From: a phage
DNA length: 64,000 nucleotides
Direction: 5' to 3' (one strand)
Sequence record: PZ019084.1
The position numbers were made by a program, and so were the translations under genes. The notes beneath the pieces were generated by a model. The model did no database searches. It saw only the letters and a list, made by a program, of their open reading frames with translations, and had not been told where the DNA came from. Of this stretch, positions 28,161-37,438 are shown piece after piece. Numbering within the stretch: the first letter of the stretch is position 1; every line of letters starts with the position of its first letter.

Positions 28161-28611
28161 AATCCACCACTATTAAATCAATATCAGGAGTAAACATGTC
28201 AATTAATTTAGAAACCTTATCCCAATCACCACCAGCAATACCGCAACCTATGCGTGGAATGTAAATTACTGGTTTAAACAAAAGGGTTTCTGCCTGTAGA
28301 TTTAATTCTATCATGCAGTTTACTAAAGCACCATAATCAAGATTAGGACCCGGTTCGTATTGCGTATACAGGTTATAGCATATACCAAATCCTGTAGGAC
28401 TATGTTTAAAAACAATAGACATATCGCCTAATTTATCACGAGAACCGTACTCGGTAGTGGTTTTATCTATTTCTAAAATTTTGGGATAGGCTCTTGCTAA
28501 TTGACCTGCTACGCCAGAGCCCATTGTGTGGAAGCAATTGCACCCGTGCGCAATAATATTACCTTGAAGAAATAGGGCGACAATATCGCCCTTGATATAT
28601 TTTACAATCAT
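28132..28611 (-). CDS. Macro-domain protein (ADP-ribose binding/processing fold)
   Basis: 159 aa; IIAHGCNCFHTMGSGVAGQLA resembles the macro-domain NAAN...GGGVxG motif; later glycine-rich IGCGIAGGDWD segment. Confidence 0.55.
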   Translation of the reverse strand: MIVKYIKGDIVALFLQGNIIAHGCNCFHTMGSGVAGQLARAYPKILEIDKTTTEYGSRDKLGDMSIVFKHSPTGFGICYNLYTQYEPGPNLDYGALVNCMIELNLQAETLLFKPVIYIPRIGCGIAGGDWDKVSKLIDMFTPDIDLIVVDYESTLPASV

Positions 28612-28955
28612 CTAGTACTCAATCCTCGATTATAAGAATCTACCAAACGGTCAACCATTGAATGACAAGCGGCTTTATCTTTCTCCTCCGCAACTGAACA
28701 TTCTAAGGTATTCCACTTTTTAGCATATCGTTTTAATAAAGTATCGTTCTTGTATCTACTTGTTTTATCTCTTTCTCCGTCTTTATATGCATATATTAAT
28801 TTCTGCGCAAATTCAGCTTGGCATGCTTTATTTTTCCCACAATAATCCGCGGCAGTACGGTTTACATACTCTCTAACTTCAGAATATGATATATCTGCTG
28901 ATGCAGAAGCAGAAAATGAAATTAATCCTATACATAAAACCAAAATTTTAGTCAT
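28608..28955 (-). CDS. Secreted protein with signal peptide (position and size of T4 vs; identity unconfirmed)
   Basis: 115 aa; N-terminal signal peptide MTKILVLCIGLISFSASASA. Confidence 0.4.
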   Translation of the reverse strand: MTKILVLCIGLISFSASASADISYSEVREYVNRTAADYCGKNKACQAEFAQKLIYAYKDGERDKTSRYKNDTLLKRYAKKWNTLECSVAEEKDKAACHSMVDRLVDSYNRGLSTR

Positions 28956-29493
28956 TTACTATTTCCAAAAGTTTATTATTTTTAAGGTAGTTAGCCTTTT
29001 CTAGGACTTCAGAAGCATATTTAGAACCTGCTTTAACATTCCATCCCGAATTATAAGAGGATATTGCTTTTCTTATATCACCCTTATGTATATTTAACCA
29101 ATAAGAAAGTTCAATGTACGCCCAGGAAGCTGAATTGGACCGTTTATTCAACATTCTTTTTATTTCAGCATCAGTCATATTATAACCAAGTTCCTTAACT
29201 CTTGCTCGCATAGTTGGCAAATAATTTTGGAACATTCCATAGGCATGATGCTTTGGTTTAGATTTTAAATTAACTCCGGCAGAGCTTTCTTGCCATAAAA
29301 TAGCAGCCATTATATGACCTAATCCGCTCTTGTGGATGTTTTTGTGTGTTTTATATTTTCCATCCTTAGAAAATTGTTCCCCGAATTGATACGCGTAACG
29401 CATGTTATCGAGTTGGACATTACTGAAAGTATGCTCGGAGCTATGCGCCATCATTGAAATGGCCAATAGACCAGCGAGTAGTGCTTTTCTCAT
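28948..29493 (-). CDS. Secreted lytic-transglycosylase-like protein
   Basis: 181 aa; signal peptide MRKALLAGLLAISMMAHS; SLT-like segment AAILWQESSAGVN...YGMFQ. Confidence 0.5.
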   Translation of the reverse strand: MRKALLAGLLAISMMAHSSEHTFSNVQLDNMRYAYQFGEQFSKDGKYKTHKNIHKSGLGHIMAAILWQESSAGVNLKSKPKHHAYGMFQNYLPTMRARVKELGYNMTDAEIKRMLNKRSNSASWAYIELSYWLNIHKGDIRKAISSYNSGWNVKAGSKYASEVLEKANYLKNNKLLEIVND

Positions 29494-29500
29494 GCTTACC

Positions 29501-29962
29501 TCATTGAGTTTTAATTACTGCTTTAGAAGCCTTTCCCGGTAAACGACGACTGTTGATAATTGCCATCCTGCATTGAAGCGACGGGTCTTTGAACTTCGCA
29601 TTAGGTTTACAAACTGTAAATCCAAGCCAAAGATTTCCATCTGTGATTTCTAAACGCCCAGGACGATATTCAACCCCATCAATAAAATCCTCGTCAATGT
29701 CAGGACGCGGAGGCATACTCAGGAATTCATTAACTTCTAAAACATGGTCTTTTATTTTGTGGAATAATTCAAAAACATATGTCTCATCAATCTCCCGTTG
29801 AATTGCACGATCAAGGAGATGCTGAGAATATTTTAGATGAAACGATGAGACCCCTGCTGCTTTTGATGCCTCACGAATCTCATTGTTAATTTGACGAAAC
29901 TCCGACTCAAAGTGACGACGAAGCTTATTTCGACGGATAAAAACTTCTGTGTTGATAGTCAT
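29501..29962 (-). CDS. regB: Endoribonuclease RegB
   Basis: 153 aa, same length as T4 RegB; GAGGAG RBS; early promoter immediately upstream. Confidence 0.85.
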   Translation of the reverse strand: MTINTEVFIRRNKLRRHFESEFRQINNEIREASKAAGVSSFHLKYSQHLLDRAIQREIDETYVFELFHKIKDHVLEVNEFLSMPPRPDIDEDFIDGVEYRPGRLEITDGNLWLGFTVCKPNAKFKDPSLQCRMAIINSRRLPGKASKAVIKTQ

Positions 29963-29989
29963 GTTATTCTCCTCTTAACTGATAGAAAA

Positions 29990-30019
29990 ATTATACCACA
30001 GTCAAGAGGAAAAGTAAAC
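29990..30019 (-). promoter_or_regulatory. T4-type early promoter (regB)
   Basis: Plus strand attataccaca...aaagtaaac. Confidence 0.55.
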
Positions 30020-30021
30020 AG

Positions 30022-30342
30022 TTATTCTTTAAATCTAATCAATTTATTCATAGACTTTGTAACTTCTGCACGAACCTCATGTAAGTTTTTAAGCTGTTCA
30101 AGACGCTGCTCGTAGTAAGCAATTTCATCTTCTTCGAGACAGTCTTGTGAATCTTCTTTAAGATAACGTGCATAATCCTGGAAAGCTTTACGGACTACTT
30201 CTTGGAAGTCATCAAGACTTTGAATTTTCTTAGGAGCAACAGATACACGACGAGGGGCAGTATAATACTCATAACCAAACCCTGCGCTTAATTGAGCCAT
30301 TAATATTTTTCCTCTGGTTGGAACACAGCACGACAAGCCCAC
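30022..30342 (-). CDS. Hypothetical protein
   Basis: 106 aa ORF. Confidence 0.4.
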   Translation of the reverse strand: MGLSCCVPTRGKILMAQLSAGFGYEYYTAPRRVSVAPKKIQSLDDFQEVVRKAFQDYARYLKEDSQDCLEEDEIAYYEQRLEQLKNLHEVRAEVTKSMNKLIRFKE

Positions 30343-30566
30343 ATACTAGCTTCTTTGAGTTTCGTTTTAGCAATAGTTAACTGATCGAGGCTTTCAGCAT
30401 AATTCTTTGCGAATTCGCAGTCTTCACAATTATCTAGTGCTTCCCAGAATTCGTCATATAAAGCGTCAAAGATAAGTCCTAAACGAACTTCAGCGTCTTT
30501 GATAGCATTCACTTTACCGATTTTCTCTTCAGTGTGCGGCTTATAACCTTTAATGTCTTCAATCAT
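30300..30566 (-). CDS. Hypothetical small acidic protein (positional candidate for T4 vs.4)
   Basis: 88 aa ORF; assignment by gene order only. Confidence 0.4.
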   Translation of the reverse strand: MIEDIKGYKPHTEEKIGKVNAIKDAEVRLGLIFDALYDEFWEALDNCEDCEFAKNYAESLDQLTIAKTKLKEASMWACRAVFQPEEKY

Positions 30567-30780
30567 ATTCTACTTCCTCACCAGTACATAAATCATATTC
30601 AACTAAACGAATAGGTTCATGAATGCCATATCCTTGAACAGAAATTTCTGTCGTAGGATAAATTCCATCAATATCACCCATGGTCCACGCTTCATTAAAT
30701 TGCTGTTCGCCTGAATTACTAAACCACTCGGCGAAAGCATTTAACACATCTTTAGAACCTTCAATAATTATCTTTGCCAT
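30559..30780 (-). CDS. Hypothetical small protein
   Basis: 73 aa ORF. Confidence 0.4.
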   Translation of the reverse strand: MAKIIIEGSKDVLNAFAEWFSNSGEQQFNEAWTMGDIDGIYPTTEISVQGYGIHEPIRLVEYDLCTGEEVEYD

Positions 30781-31142
30781 TACAAGCTCTCAGTAAAGGT
30801 ACGAGCGATAACGTCGCGCTGCTGTTCCGGAGTCAGAGAGTTAAAGCGAACTGCATAACCGGATACACGGATGGTCAGCTGCGGATATTTTTCCGGATGC
30901 TTAACTGCATCTTCCAGAGTTTCACGACGCAGAACGTTAACGTTCAGGTGTTGACCACCTTCAATTTTAACTGTAGGCTGTTGTTCAATTTCAATTTCAC
31001 GGGTGTGCAAACCGTAGAAAATTTCTGGGTCTACAAAAGAGTCCTCTTTAAAAGTTTTAGAGACAATAATTCGTGCCTGAATACCATCTTCAAAATAAAT
31101 AGTACCTTTATGTGTGCCTTCAAGAATTTGATATGCTTTCAT
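30780..31142 (-). CDS. Autonomous glycyl-radical cofactor (GrcA/YfiD-like)
   Basis: 120 aa; C-terminal [60 protein letters not shown] matches my memory of E. coli GrcA, including the RVSGY radical motif. Confidence 0.85.
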   Translation of the reverse strand: MKAYQILEGTHKGTIYFEDGIQARIIVSKTFKEDSFVDPEIFYGLHTREIEIEQQPTVKIEGGQHLNVNVLRRETLEDAVKHPEKYPQLTIRVSGYAVRFNSLTPEQQRDVIARTFTESL

Positions 31143-31148
31143 ATAACC

Positions 31149-31481
31149 TCAATTAGAAAATAAATTTATCCAAGACTGTTCTTTAATTAAAAATGGCTCA
31201 GAATCATATGCCATTAAACTTTGGGTGATTAGTCCTTTAAAAGGCCCATCAATAAATTCCATGGTAAAATATGGAATTTTATTCATTAATCTTGCATTAG
31301 GAGCAGTGCACAAAACTCTGCATCCTTTGAATACGCCTTTTTGTAATTTGTATTGCTTAGGATAAAATTCGCTCAAGACGTTGTTATTTGCCAAAATTTC
31401 AAAATGATTCACCAATTTATTTTTAATAGTTTTTGGCGAAAAATAAAGATATTCGAAAAGTTGCGTATCTGTCATCATTGC
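31149..31481 (-). CDS. Hypothetical protein
   Basis: Start set at internal MMTDTQLFEYL to avoid a 55 nt overlap with the upstream gene. Confidence 0.35.
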   Translation of the reverse strand, partial: AMMTDTQLFEYLYFSPKTIKNKLVNHFEILANNNVLSEFYPKQYKLQKGVFKGCRVLCTAPNARLMNKIPYFTMEFIDGPFKGLITQSLMAYDSEPFLIKEQSWINLFSN

Positions 31482-32062
31482 ATTCCAATTACGAAAAACT
31501 GTGGACGAGTAATACCACCAATGCAACATTTACTATTGCAGCAGTGTTGCACAGTTTCAATATGAATATCGTAAATTTTATCCATATCAGGAGATTTAAC
31601 AGGCTCATCGATTATATACAAGATTCGAGAAAGCGATAAACCTCTGAACTTGCTACCTCTATTACCAACAAAACTACGGACAGAATCGGTAAATAAGCGA
31701 AATCGAATATCATCGCTAGAATAACGAGAAAATTCTTTTTTAATGTGGCCCGCAGAAATTTTAGCGTAAGCTGAAGTATTAGAAAGAACAATAACTGTTC
31801 CACCGTCATACAGCCAATTAGCAGCAAAATTAGTCACAGCAGTTGATTTACCAGATTGGCGTCCACCATCTAGTCGAAGTGTACAATATTGTTTAAGCAA
31901 GTCTTCAAATGGTGGGATATAATCGTTTTTACAAATTTCTTCTACTCTAGCATCAGAATGGTGTGTAAAAGCATTCATCAGGGATAGATAAGGACCAGTT
32001 AAAAATGTTCTCATTTTATTCTCTCTAAATTTGGGCCATTCCATGGCGCATGAATTGTCCAT
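31475..32062 (-). CDS. Small P-loop NTPase
   Basis: Walker A GGRQSGKST and Walker B LYIIDEP; true start may be the MRTFLTG Met at 32014 (GAGAGAA RBS). Confidence 0.5.
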   Translation of the reverse strand: MDNSCAMEWPKFRENKMRTFLTGPYLSLMNAFTHHSDARVEEICKNDYIPPFEDLLKQYCTLRLDGGRQSGKSTAVTNFAANWLYDGGTVIVLSNTSAYAKISAGHIKKEFSRYSSDDIRFRLFTDSVRSFVGNRGSKFRGLSLSRILYIIDEPVKSPDMDKIYDIHIETVQHCCNSKCCIGGITRPQFFVIGMQ

Positions 32063-32167
32063 TTCTGTATTTACCCATTACCGCACTTGGGCTCGACCTT
32101 ATTACAGGTTGGCGGGAATCCCTCATAGAATCATGAGGTCCAGCTTGTTCCCATATTTCTTATTTGC

Positions 32168-32641
32168 TTATTTGAATGATTTGACGTACTGAATAGAGCC
32201 TTTGCTATTCACGAAAGCGATTTTACCATTTTTATTATACATGGTAGCAGTACGCTGATAACCATAAGTTTGCTTACCAGATTGATAACCAACTAATGCA
32301 AAATTATCTTCACCCATTTTATTCTGTTTAGCGCGGATGCGTTCATGACCGTGTGCCATAAGAACCTTAGCGTCGCCAGTTGCAATGGATCTACGAGTTT
32401 TTTCATCTTCAACTGTATTAACAAAATCGTCAAATGAATCAAATTTAGCATGGGATTTATTATACAGTTTTCCATCTACTGCATAATTATATCCTTGTAC
32501 ATCCATCTCAACTTCTGTACCGTCATCCAATACAGCAGTGATTTTTTGACCTTTTTTAAATTTCAAAAGATCAGTAAAAGATTCAGCAATAATTTGAGAA
32601 TTAATAGCTGCTTCAGTAATAAATTCTTGGTATGTTTTCAT
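32168..32641 (-). CDS. Internal protein with capsid targeting sequence (ipII locus)
   Basis: 157 aa; N-terminus MKTYQEFITEA is the T4 CTS pattern; located between ipIII and the position where denV would be. Confidence 0.6.
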   Translation of the reverse strand: MKTYQEFITEAAINSQIIAESFTDLLKFKKGQKITAVLDDGTEVEMDVQGYNYAVDGKLYNKSHAKFDSFDDFVNTVEDEKTRRSIATGDAKVLMAHGHERIRAKQNKMGEDNFALVGYQSGKQTYGYQRTATMYNKNGKIAFVNSKGSIQYVKSFK

Positions 32642-32747
32642 GTATATCCTTTAAATGTAAATAATTTTATTCTTTAAGTTTGGGACAATTCACACATGAA
32701 TTGTCCATTTCTGTATTTATCTATTACCGAGTTCGGACTTGGCTTTA

Positions 32748-33326
32748 TTAATTACCACGGGCTGCATTAGCAACGGCGTAAGCATACTGAACATTAGCGT
32801 CCTTAAACGTACCTTTAGAGGTATCTATTTCTGCCTTAAAGCCGCCTTTAGCCATAACATCAGCAAATTCTTTACGGAAGGCCATTGCATCAAGACCTTT
32901 CCATGATGATTTATGCTTGGCGAATTCAAGACCAGCGTAGTTGACAGCCTTAGCTAATTTATTATCAATAACCCATTTACCAGCTTTAGGCACAAACACC
33001 GGGCCTTTCTGTTTAGAGAATAGTTTTAAATTCCAGCGACGAAGGTCACCGTCAGCTTTAACAAAAGCTGCATCCAAGTTACTAGCAACAACATCTTGAA
33101 TATGGCCAAATTTAAGCCCATCAACTTCAATATTTAGATCAGTACGCCAGCGAAGTCCTTCCCAAGCGAAAGCTTTAAAGTCGGAAGCTTTTGTGGCTAG
33201 ATATCGTTCAAGTGGAGCAGTTTTAGGGTCAAAGCCGTTTCCACCACGATAGTTCCACTCGTCCTTATTAATGCCTTTGGCCTTTTCCGCAGAAGCTTCA
33301 GCGATAAATTCTTTATACGTTTTCAT
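32748..33326 (-). CDS. ipIII: Internal protein III
   Basis: 192 aa; N-terminal CTS MKTYKEFIAEA; position next to e and size match T4 IPIII. Confidence 0.75.
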   Translation of the reverse strand: MKTYKEFIAEASAEKAKGINKDEWNYRGGNGFDPKTAPLERYLATKASDFKAFAWEGLRWRTDLNIEVDGLKFGHIQDVVASNLDAAFVKADGDLRRWNLKLFSKQKGPVFVPKAGKWVIDNKLAKAVNYAGLEFAKHKSSWKGLDAMAFRKEFADVMAKGGFKAEIDTSKGTFKDANVQYAYAVANAARGN

Positions 33327-33361
33327 GTGTTTCCTTTAAATATTTTAATTAGTAACTATGA

Positions 33362-33393
33362 ATATACTATCACAGTTCTAGGAGAAAGTAAAC
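33362..33393 (-). promoter_or_regulatory. T4-type early promoter
   Basis: Plus strand atatactatcaca...aaagtaaacaac. Confidence 0.55.
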
Positions 33394-33397
33394 AACT

Positions 33398-33928
<531 letters not shown>

Positions 33929-34384
33929 TTAAAAGAGGCTGTTCATTATTCGGTAAAGTGAAGGACCCATCACATATTGCCATTGAGCACGAGGAATAAG
34001 AGCAAAAGCATCCATCTCTGGAATCATAACGCCATCTTTATTTTCAAAATAAGACTCGCAATAGCAATTTCTAAACATCTCATGCTCTACTGGAATCGTA
34101 TAATAAAATAACTGTAAGTCTTTATTACTAGAATATTTAAATACACCTAGGTCTTCTAGAAGGTCTGGATTATAATTGCTAAAACCGGTCTCTTCTAAGC
34201 ATTCTCTTCGTGCTGCATCTAGTGCGCTCAAATCAGAATTTTCTACACGGCCTTTTGGAATATCCCAGCGATGTGCCATCATTCCAGGCTTACGAGAACC
34301 AGTAACTCGTCCCATAAATAAATCTTTATCTTCTGTCATAAAGATAATACCAGCTGATAGTGTTTTCATTTTAATTTCCTGCAT
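33929..34384 (-). CDS. Nudix hydrolase
   Basis: 151 aa; Nudix box GRVENSDLSALDAARRECLEETG. Confidence 0.7.
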   Translation of the reverse strand: MQEIKMKTLSAGIIFMTEDKDLFMGRVTGSRKPGMMAHRWDIPKGRVENSDLSALDAARRECLEETGFSNYNPDLLEDLGVFKYSSNKDLQLFYYTIPVEHEMFRNCYCESYFENKDGVMIPEMDAFALIPRAQWQYVMGPSLYRIMNSLF

Positions 34385-34854
34385 TCAGTGATAAAGTTAT
34401 TTAAATTTTGAGCATATTTCTTTTCATCAAAAATCTTTTGCTGCCTACGTAAACGCCATGGCATTTCAATGAACACGCACCATATTCCTGATAGTACTGC
34501 TGCTGTAAAAATATTAACAAGTATGATTAAAAGAATCCAATCTCCCGTTCTGCCTACTGGACTTTCTCCAAAGAAGCAAAATACAAATGATGTCACAGGA
34601 AAACTAATAATATACCACAGAATCATAATCTTATCTGTGAACCAATCAGCGTTCGTTAATTTAGCGCGACCATTATGAATACACACGAATTTATCATCTG
34701 TTGCAGTAGATGGCTTAACTGGTTGATATCCCATTCTAAACTCCCTAATCAGCAAATTTTTCATATCTTCGGAACAGCCATTCCAGTCAACTCTATCAAC
34801 TGAAATGCCATCGTCCCCATCATCTAAATCATACCAGCGAGTTTTTAAAATCAT
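34366..34854 (-). CDS. Membrane protein
   Basis: 162 aa with two long hydrophobic helices. Confidence 0.4.
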   Translation of the reverse strand: MILKTRWYDLDDGDDGISVDRVDWNGCSEDMKNLLIREFRMGYQPVKPSTATDDKFVCIHNGRAKLTNADWFTDKIMILWYIISFPVTSFVFCFFGESPVGRTGDWILLIILVNIFTAAVLSGIWCVFIEMPWRLRRQQKIFDEKKYAQNLNNFITECRKLK

Positions 34855-35225
34855 TTAATTTTCCTACAATCACTCACAAACTCTTCCATTGATTCTTTTT
34901 CAATATAAGACATGTAGTTATTATATTCCTTTAATTGTATTTTGTAATCCTTTTTTCTTTGCCAATTTATTTTAAAATTATCATAATGAAAATATAACAT
35001 GGTACCAAAGAATGAAAATAATGAAATTGCTATAGTATAACGAAGTTCACTCCAAACTTCTATTATATCTACTATACCGCTGACATTACTGCGGATGTTT
35101 AAAATAATACAATCAATCATTAATCCAATAAGACTACCAGCAAGAGCTGCAGCCAACGCCACAGCAAAAATTAAAAATGACTCAGAAAAAGAATATTTAA
35201 CTTTATTTAGTTTTGGCTTTTGCAT
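34851..35225 (-). CDS. Membrane protein
   Basis: 124 aa with two hydrophobic helices. Confidence 0.4.
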   Translation of the reverse strand: MQKPKLNKVKYSFSESFLIFAVALAAALAGSLIGLMIDCIILNIRSNVSGIVDIIEVWSELRYTIAISLFSFFGTMLYFHYDNFKINWQRKKDYKIQLKEYNNYMSYIEKESMEEFVSDCRKIK

Positions 35226-35620
35226 CGTGATTCCTTAACAAATTTCATAATTTCATTAAATTCATGCATATCTAATTTAAGCTGGTGTTCCTTTTTAATC
35301 TTTTTACACTGAGCTTTCCATTCGCGTACACGTTTACGATAATGTCTTCCTTGATACCAATATCCTACCCAATTTACAGGTACCAATAAAAATGGAACTA
35401 CTAATGGAAGAATTAATACTAACAAAAATATTACGCCAGATTCAATATCAGTCATAAAGTCTATAACCATTCCAATAATCAATAGAATTACAAATGATAT
35501 AGCTGTCACAGGACCTATTAATACATCAGTAGGAATTAGCTGGCGCTTTAATTCATACTTCACAGGTTTACTTGGAAGGTATAGTGATGGCTTTAACATA
35601 TTCTCTACATTCCTTAACAA
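35207..35620 (-). CDS. Membrane protein
   Basis: 137 aa with two hydrophobic helices; start may be an internal Met. Confidence 0.4.
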   Translation of the reverse strand: MLRNVENMLKPSLYLPSKPVKYELKRQLIPTDVLIGPVTAISFVILLIIGMVIDFMTDIESGVIFLLVLILPLVVPFLLVPVNWVGYWYQGRHYRKRVREWKAQCKKIKKEHQLKLDMHEFNEIMKFVKESRCKSQN

Positions 35621-36176
35621 ATTTTTCTAATAATAAATCGCTTTCAAAACTAGGATTTTCCACGAATTTATCAAAAAGATCATCAACAATATTCAAGATA
35701 TTCCTTTTACTAAGAATACGTTTATTTTCATGTTTCGTTTCAGAATCAACTATAAGAGTAAAGAAATATTTCTTTCCCTGAAATTTTACTGTAGTATCAA
35801 TATAGAATAAATTTGACTTTTGTAAGTTACGTTTAAACCATGCGTCACTTAAACTATAAACACCGAGATAATCAAAATCGTCGTTTAAATAACATACTGT
35901 CCATTCAGGAGAAATGAAATCAGTAAATTCAACATCAAAATCACACGTCAATGAATGAATTGATTCAATACTGTTAATAAGTATTCCAGGGCGTATTAAA
36001 GACTTTTTACCTCTAGAAAATCTTCCAGAAAGACTTTCATCAGTTTCATATGAAGACCCCCAATAGTAATTACGTCCTTCTGCCATACGTTTAAGAGCAT
36101 TTAGTAATTGGTCTGGAACATCAACCTGTCTTTGGAACTCTTCAAACATTGAATTGAAATCACTTTGCATTTTCAT
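35568..36176 (-). CDS. Hypothetical protein
   Basis: 202 aa ORF. Confidence 0.4.
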   Translation of the reverse strand: MKMQSDFNSMFEEFQRQVDVPDQLLNALKRMAEGRNYYWGSSYETDESLSGRFSRGKKSLIRPGILINSIESIHSLTCDFDVEFTDFISPEWTVCYLNDDFDYLGVYSLSDAWFKRNLQKSNLFYIDTTVKFQGKKYFFTLIVDSETKHENKRILSKRNILNIVDDLFDKFVENPSFESDLLLEKFVKECREYVKAITIPSK

Positions 36177-36197
36177 TCCTATTTACTCCAAGTAATA

Positions 36198-36211
36198 GGG
36201 GCCGAAGCCCC
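36198..36211 (-). terminator. UUCG-loop GC hairpin
   Basis: Minus strand ggggcTTCGgcccc between two ORFs. Confidence 0.45.
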
Positions 36212-36217
36212 TTATCA

Positions 36218-36811
36218 TTATTTCAGAGAATTAATATATTCCTGAACATCGGCAGAGGTAGTTTCAACCCCGGAAATATTACCGTTAAAGGTTTCAACTC
36301 GAGCAAGGGTATCTTCAATATCAACCTTAGTCAGCGCTGCGATTTCAACTACATCATCGGCAGTACTAATTCCAAGGGCATTTGCTGCACGAGTTTCACG
36401 GATATATTCCAATTTAACTGCAAGTTCTTGGCGAGCATCATCTAATTCAACTACTTTCTTGGCGATTTCAATTCGCATTTCAGCATAACCGTCAGCTTTA
36501 GTAGTCAACTGCTCAGCTGTTCGACGATATAGTAAACCGAGTTTAGCATGCATTGTTACATCTTGACCTTCAGAAAGAAGTTTACGAATTTCACGCTCTT
36601 TTGATTCGGCTTGTCGATTCTTTTCGACAATAAGTTCACGAATACGTTTTTCTTCATTAATAGATTTAACAGAAGCAGTTTTTAGATCTTTAATTTTATC
36701 AAGCAGTTTTGCTGCTGCAGCAGTATACTGTTCTTCAACAGATAGATTTTTAGCCATAGCAGAACCAAGTTTAGTGCGAATAAACTCAACAATTTTCTTC
36801 AGTGTGTTCAT
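36218..36811 (-). CDS. Coiled-coil protein (PspA/IM30-like features; tentative)
   Basis: 197 aa, almost entirely helical/charged with alanine-rich heptads; resemblance to PspA family judged by eye only. Confidence 0.35.
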   Translation of the reverse strand: MNTLKKIVEFIRTKLGSAMAKNLSVEEQYTAAAAKLLDKIKDLKTASVKSINEEKRIRELIVEKNRQAESKEREIRKLLSEGQDVTMHAKLGLLYRRTAEQLTTKADGYAEMRIEIAKKVVELDDARQELAVKLEYIRETRAANALGISTADDVVEIAALTKVDIEDTLARVETFNGNISGVETTSADVQEYINSLK

Positions 36812-36854
36812 AGTATTTCCTTAGGTTAATTGAGATTTAAAATCCGTGGGAGTA

Positions 36855-37031
36855 TTATACTCCAAAGAGTTTATAAACTATTTCGACATCGCCTTTTGCT
36901 GCTTTATAACCTTCAGCCCAGGATACAACCGAATTTTTATCTGAAGATTCAAACTCTGGCATTGGGCTTTCACCAATATTCACGCAGTATGTTTCTTCAT
37001 TCTCGTCAAACCAAATAATTAAAGTAGTCAT
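36855..37031 (-). CDS. Small protein (58 aa), not in ORF track
   Basis: Minus-strand ATG at 37031 preceded by GGAGAAATAA RBS; translates MTTLIIWFDENEETYCVNIGESPMPEF... Confidence 0.3.
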   Translation of the reverse strand: MTTLIIWFDENEETYCVNIGESPMPEFESSDKNSVVSWAEGYKAAKGDVEIVYKLFGV

Positions 37032-37065
37032 TTATTTCTCCGTTTCTGTATTTGTTTTGATAAGT

Positions 37066-37095
37066 CTATAATAACACCATCCTTGGTGTTTGTAC
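37066..37095 (-). promoter_or_regulatory. Early promoter-like element with spacer stem-loop
   Basis: Plus strand ctataataacaccATCCTTggtgtttgtaca: hairpin cacca/tggtg around ATCCTT next to a TATTATAG -10-like box. Confidence 0.4.
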
Positions 37096-37105
37096 ATCAT
37101 TATTT

Positions 37106-37438
37106 TTAATTTTTCCAACTTAACAACTTGTAGTGTCCTTCATTCATACGTGGTTTATCCCAAGAAATACTAATATATGATTCACTGTCAATAGAAGTCG
37201 CCGGGTTTTTCTCTACCGTAAGACCTTCACTTTCCAGCCATTCAATAGTATTTGCGCATAAATCGGAAGAACACCTCATCGGAAACCGGCAAGATTTTTC
37301 ACCTTTAGATGCAGCGTTATACATCTTTTCTAAAATACGCTTTTGCACGTTTTTAAAAATAGTTTCAGCGGATTCTTCAGATTTTTTATTCAGTTCAATA
37401 TAAAGACTCATAACATTCTTCTCATTAATAGGGCTCAT
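37106..37438 (-). CDS. Hypothetical protein
   Basis: 110 aa ORF. Confidence 0.4.
   Translation of the reverse strand: MSPINEKNVMSLYIELNKKSEESAETIFKNVQKRILEKMYNAASKGEKSCRFPMRCSSDLCANTIEWLESEGLTVEKNPATSIDSESYISISWDKPRMNEGHYKLLSWKN

Noticed and set aside
36830-37018. Plus-strand 62 aa ORF
   Set aside because: The minus strand over the same interval encodes a 58 aa ORF with a good RBS placed directly after an early promoter-like element; the plus-strand ORF is isolated in a minus-strand block.
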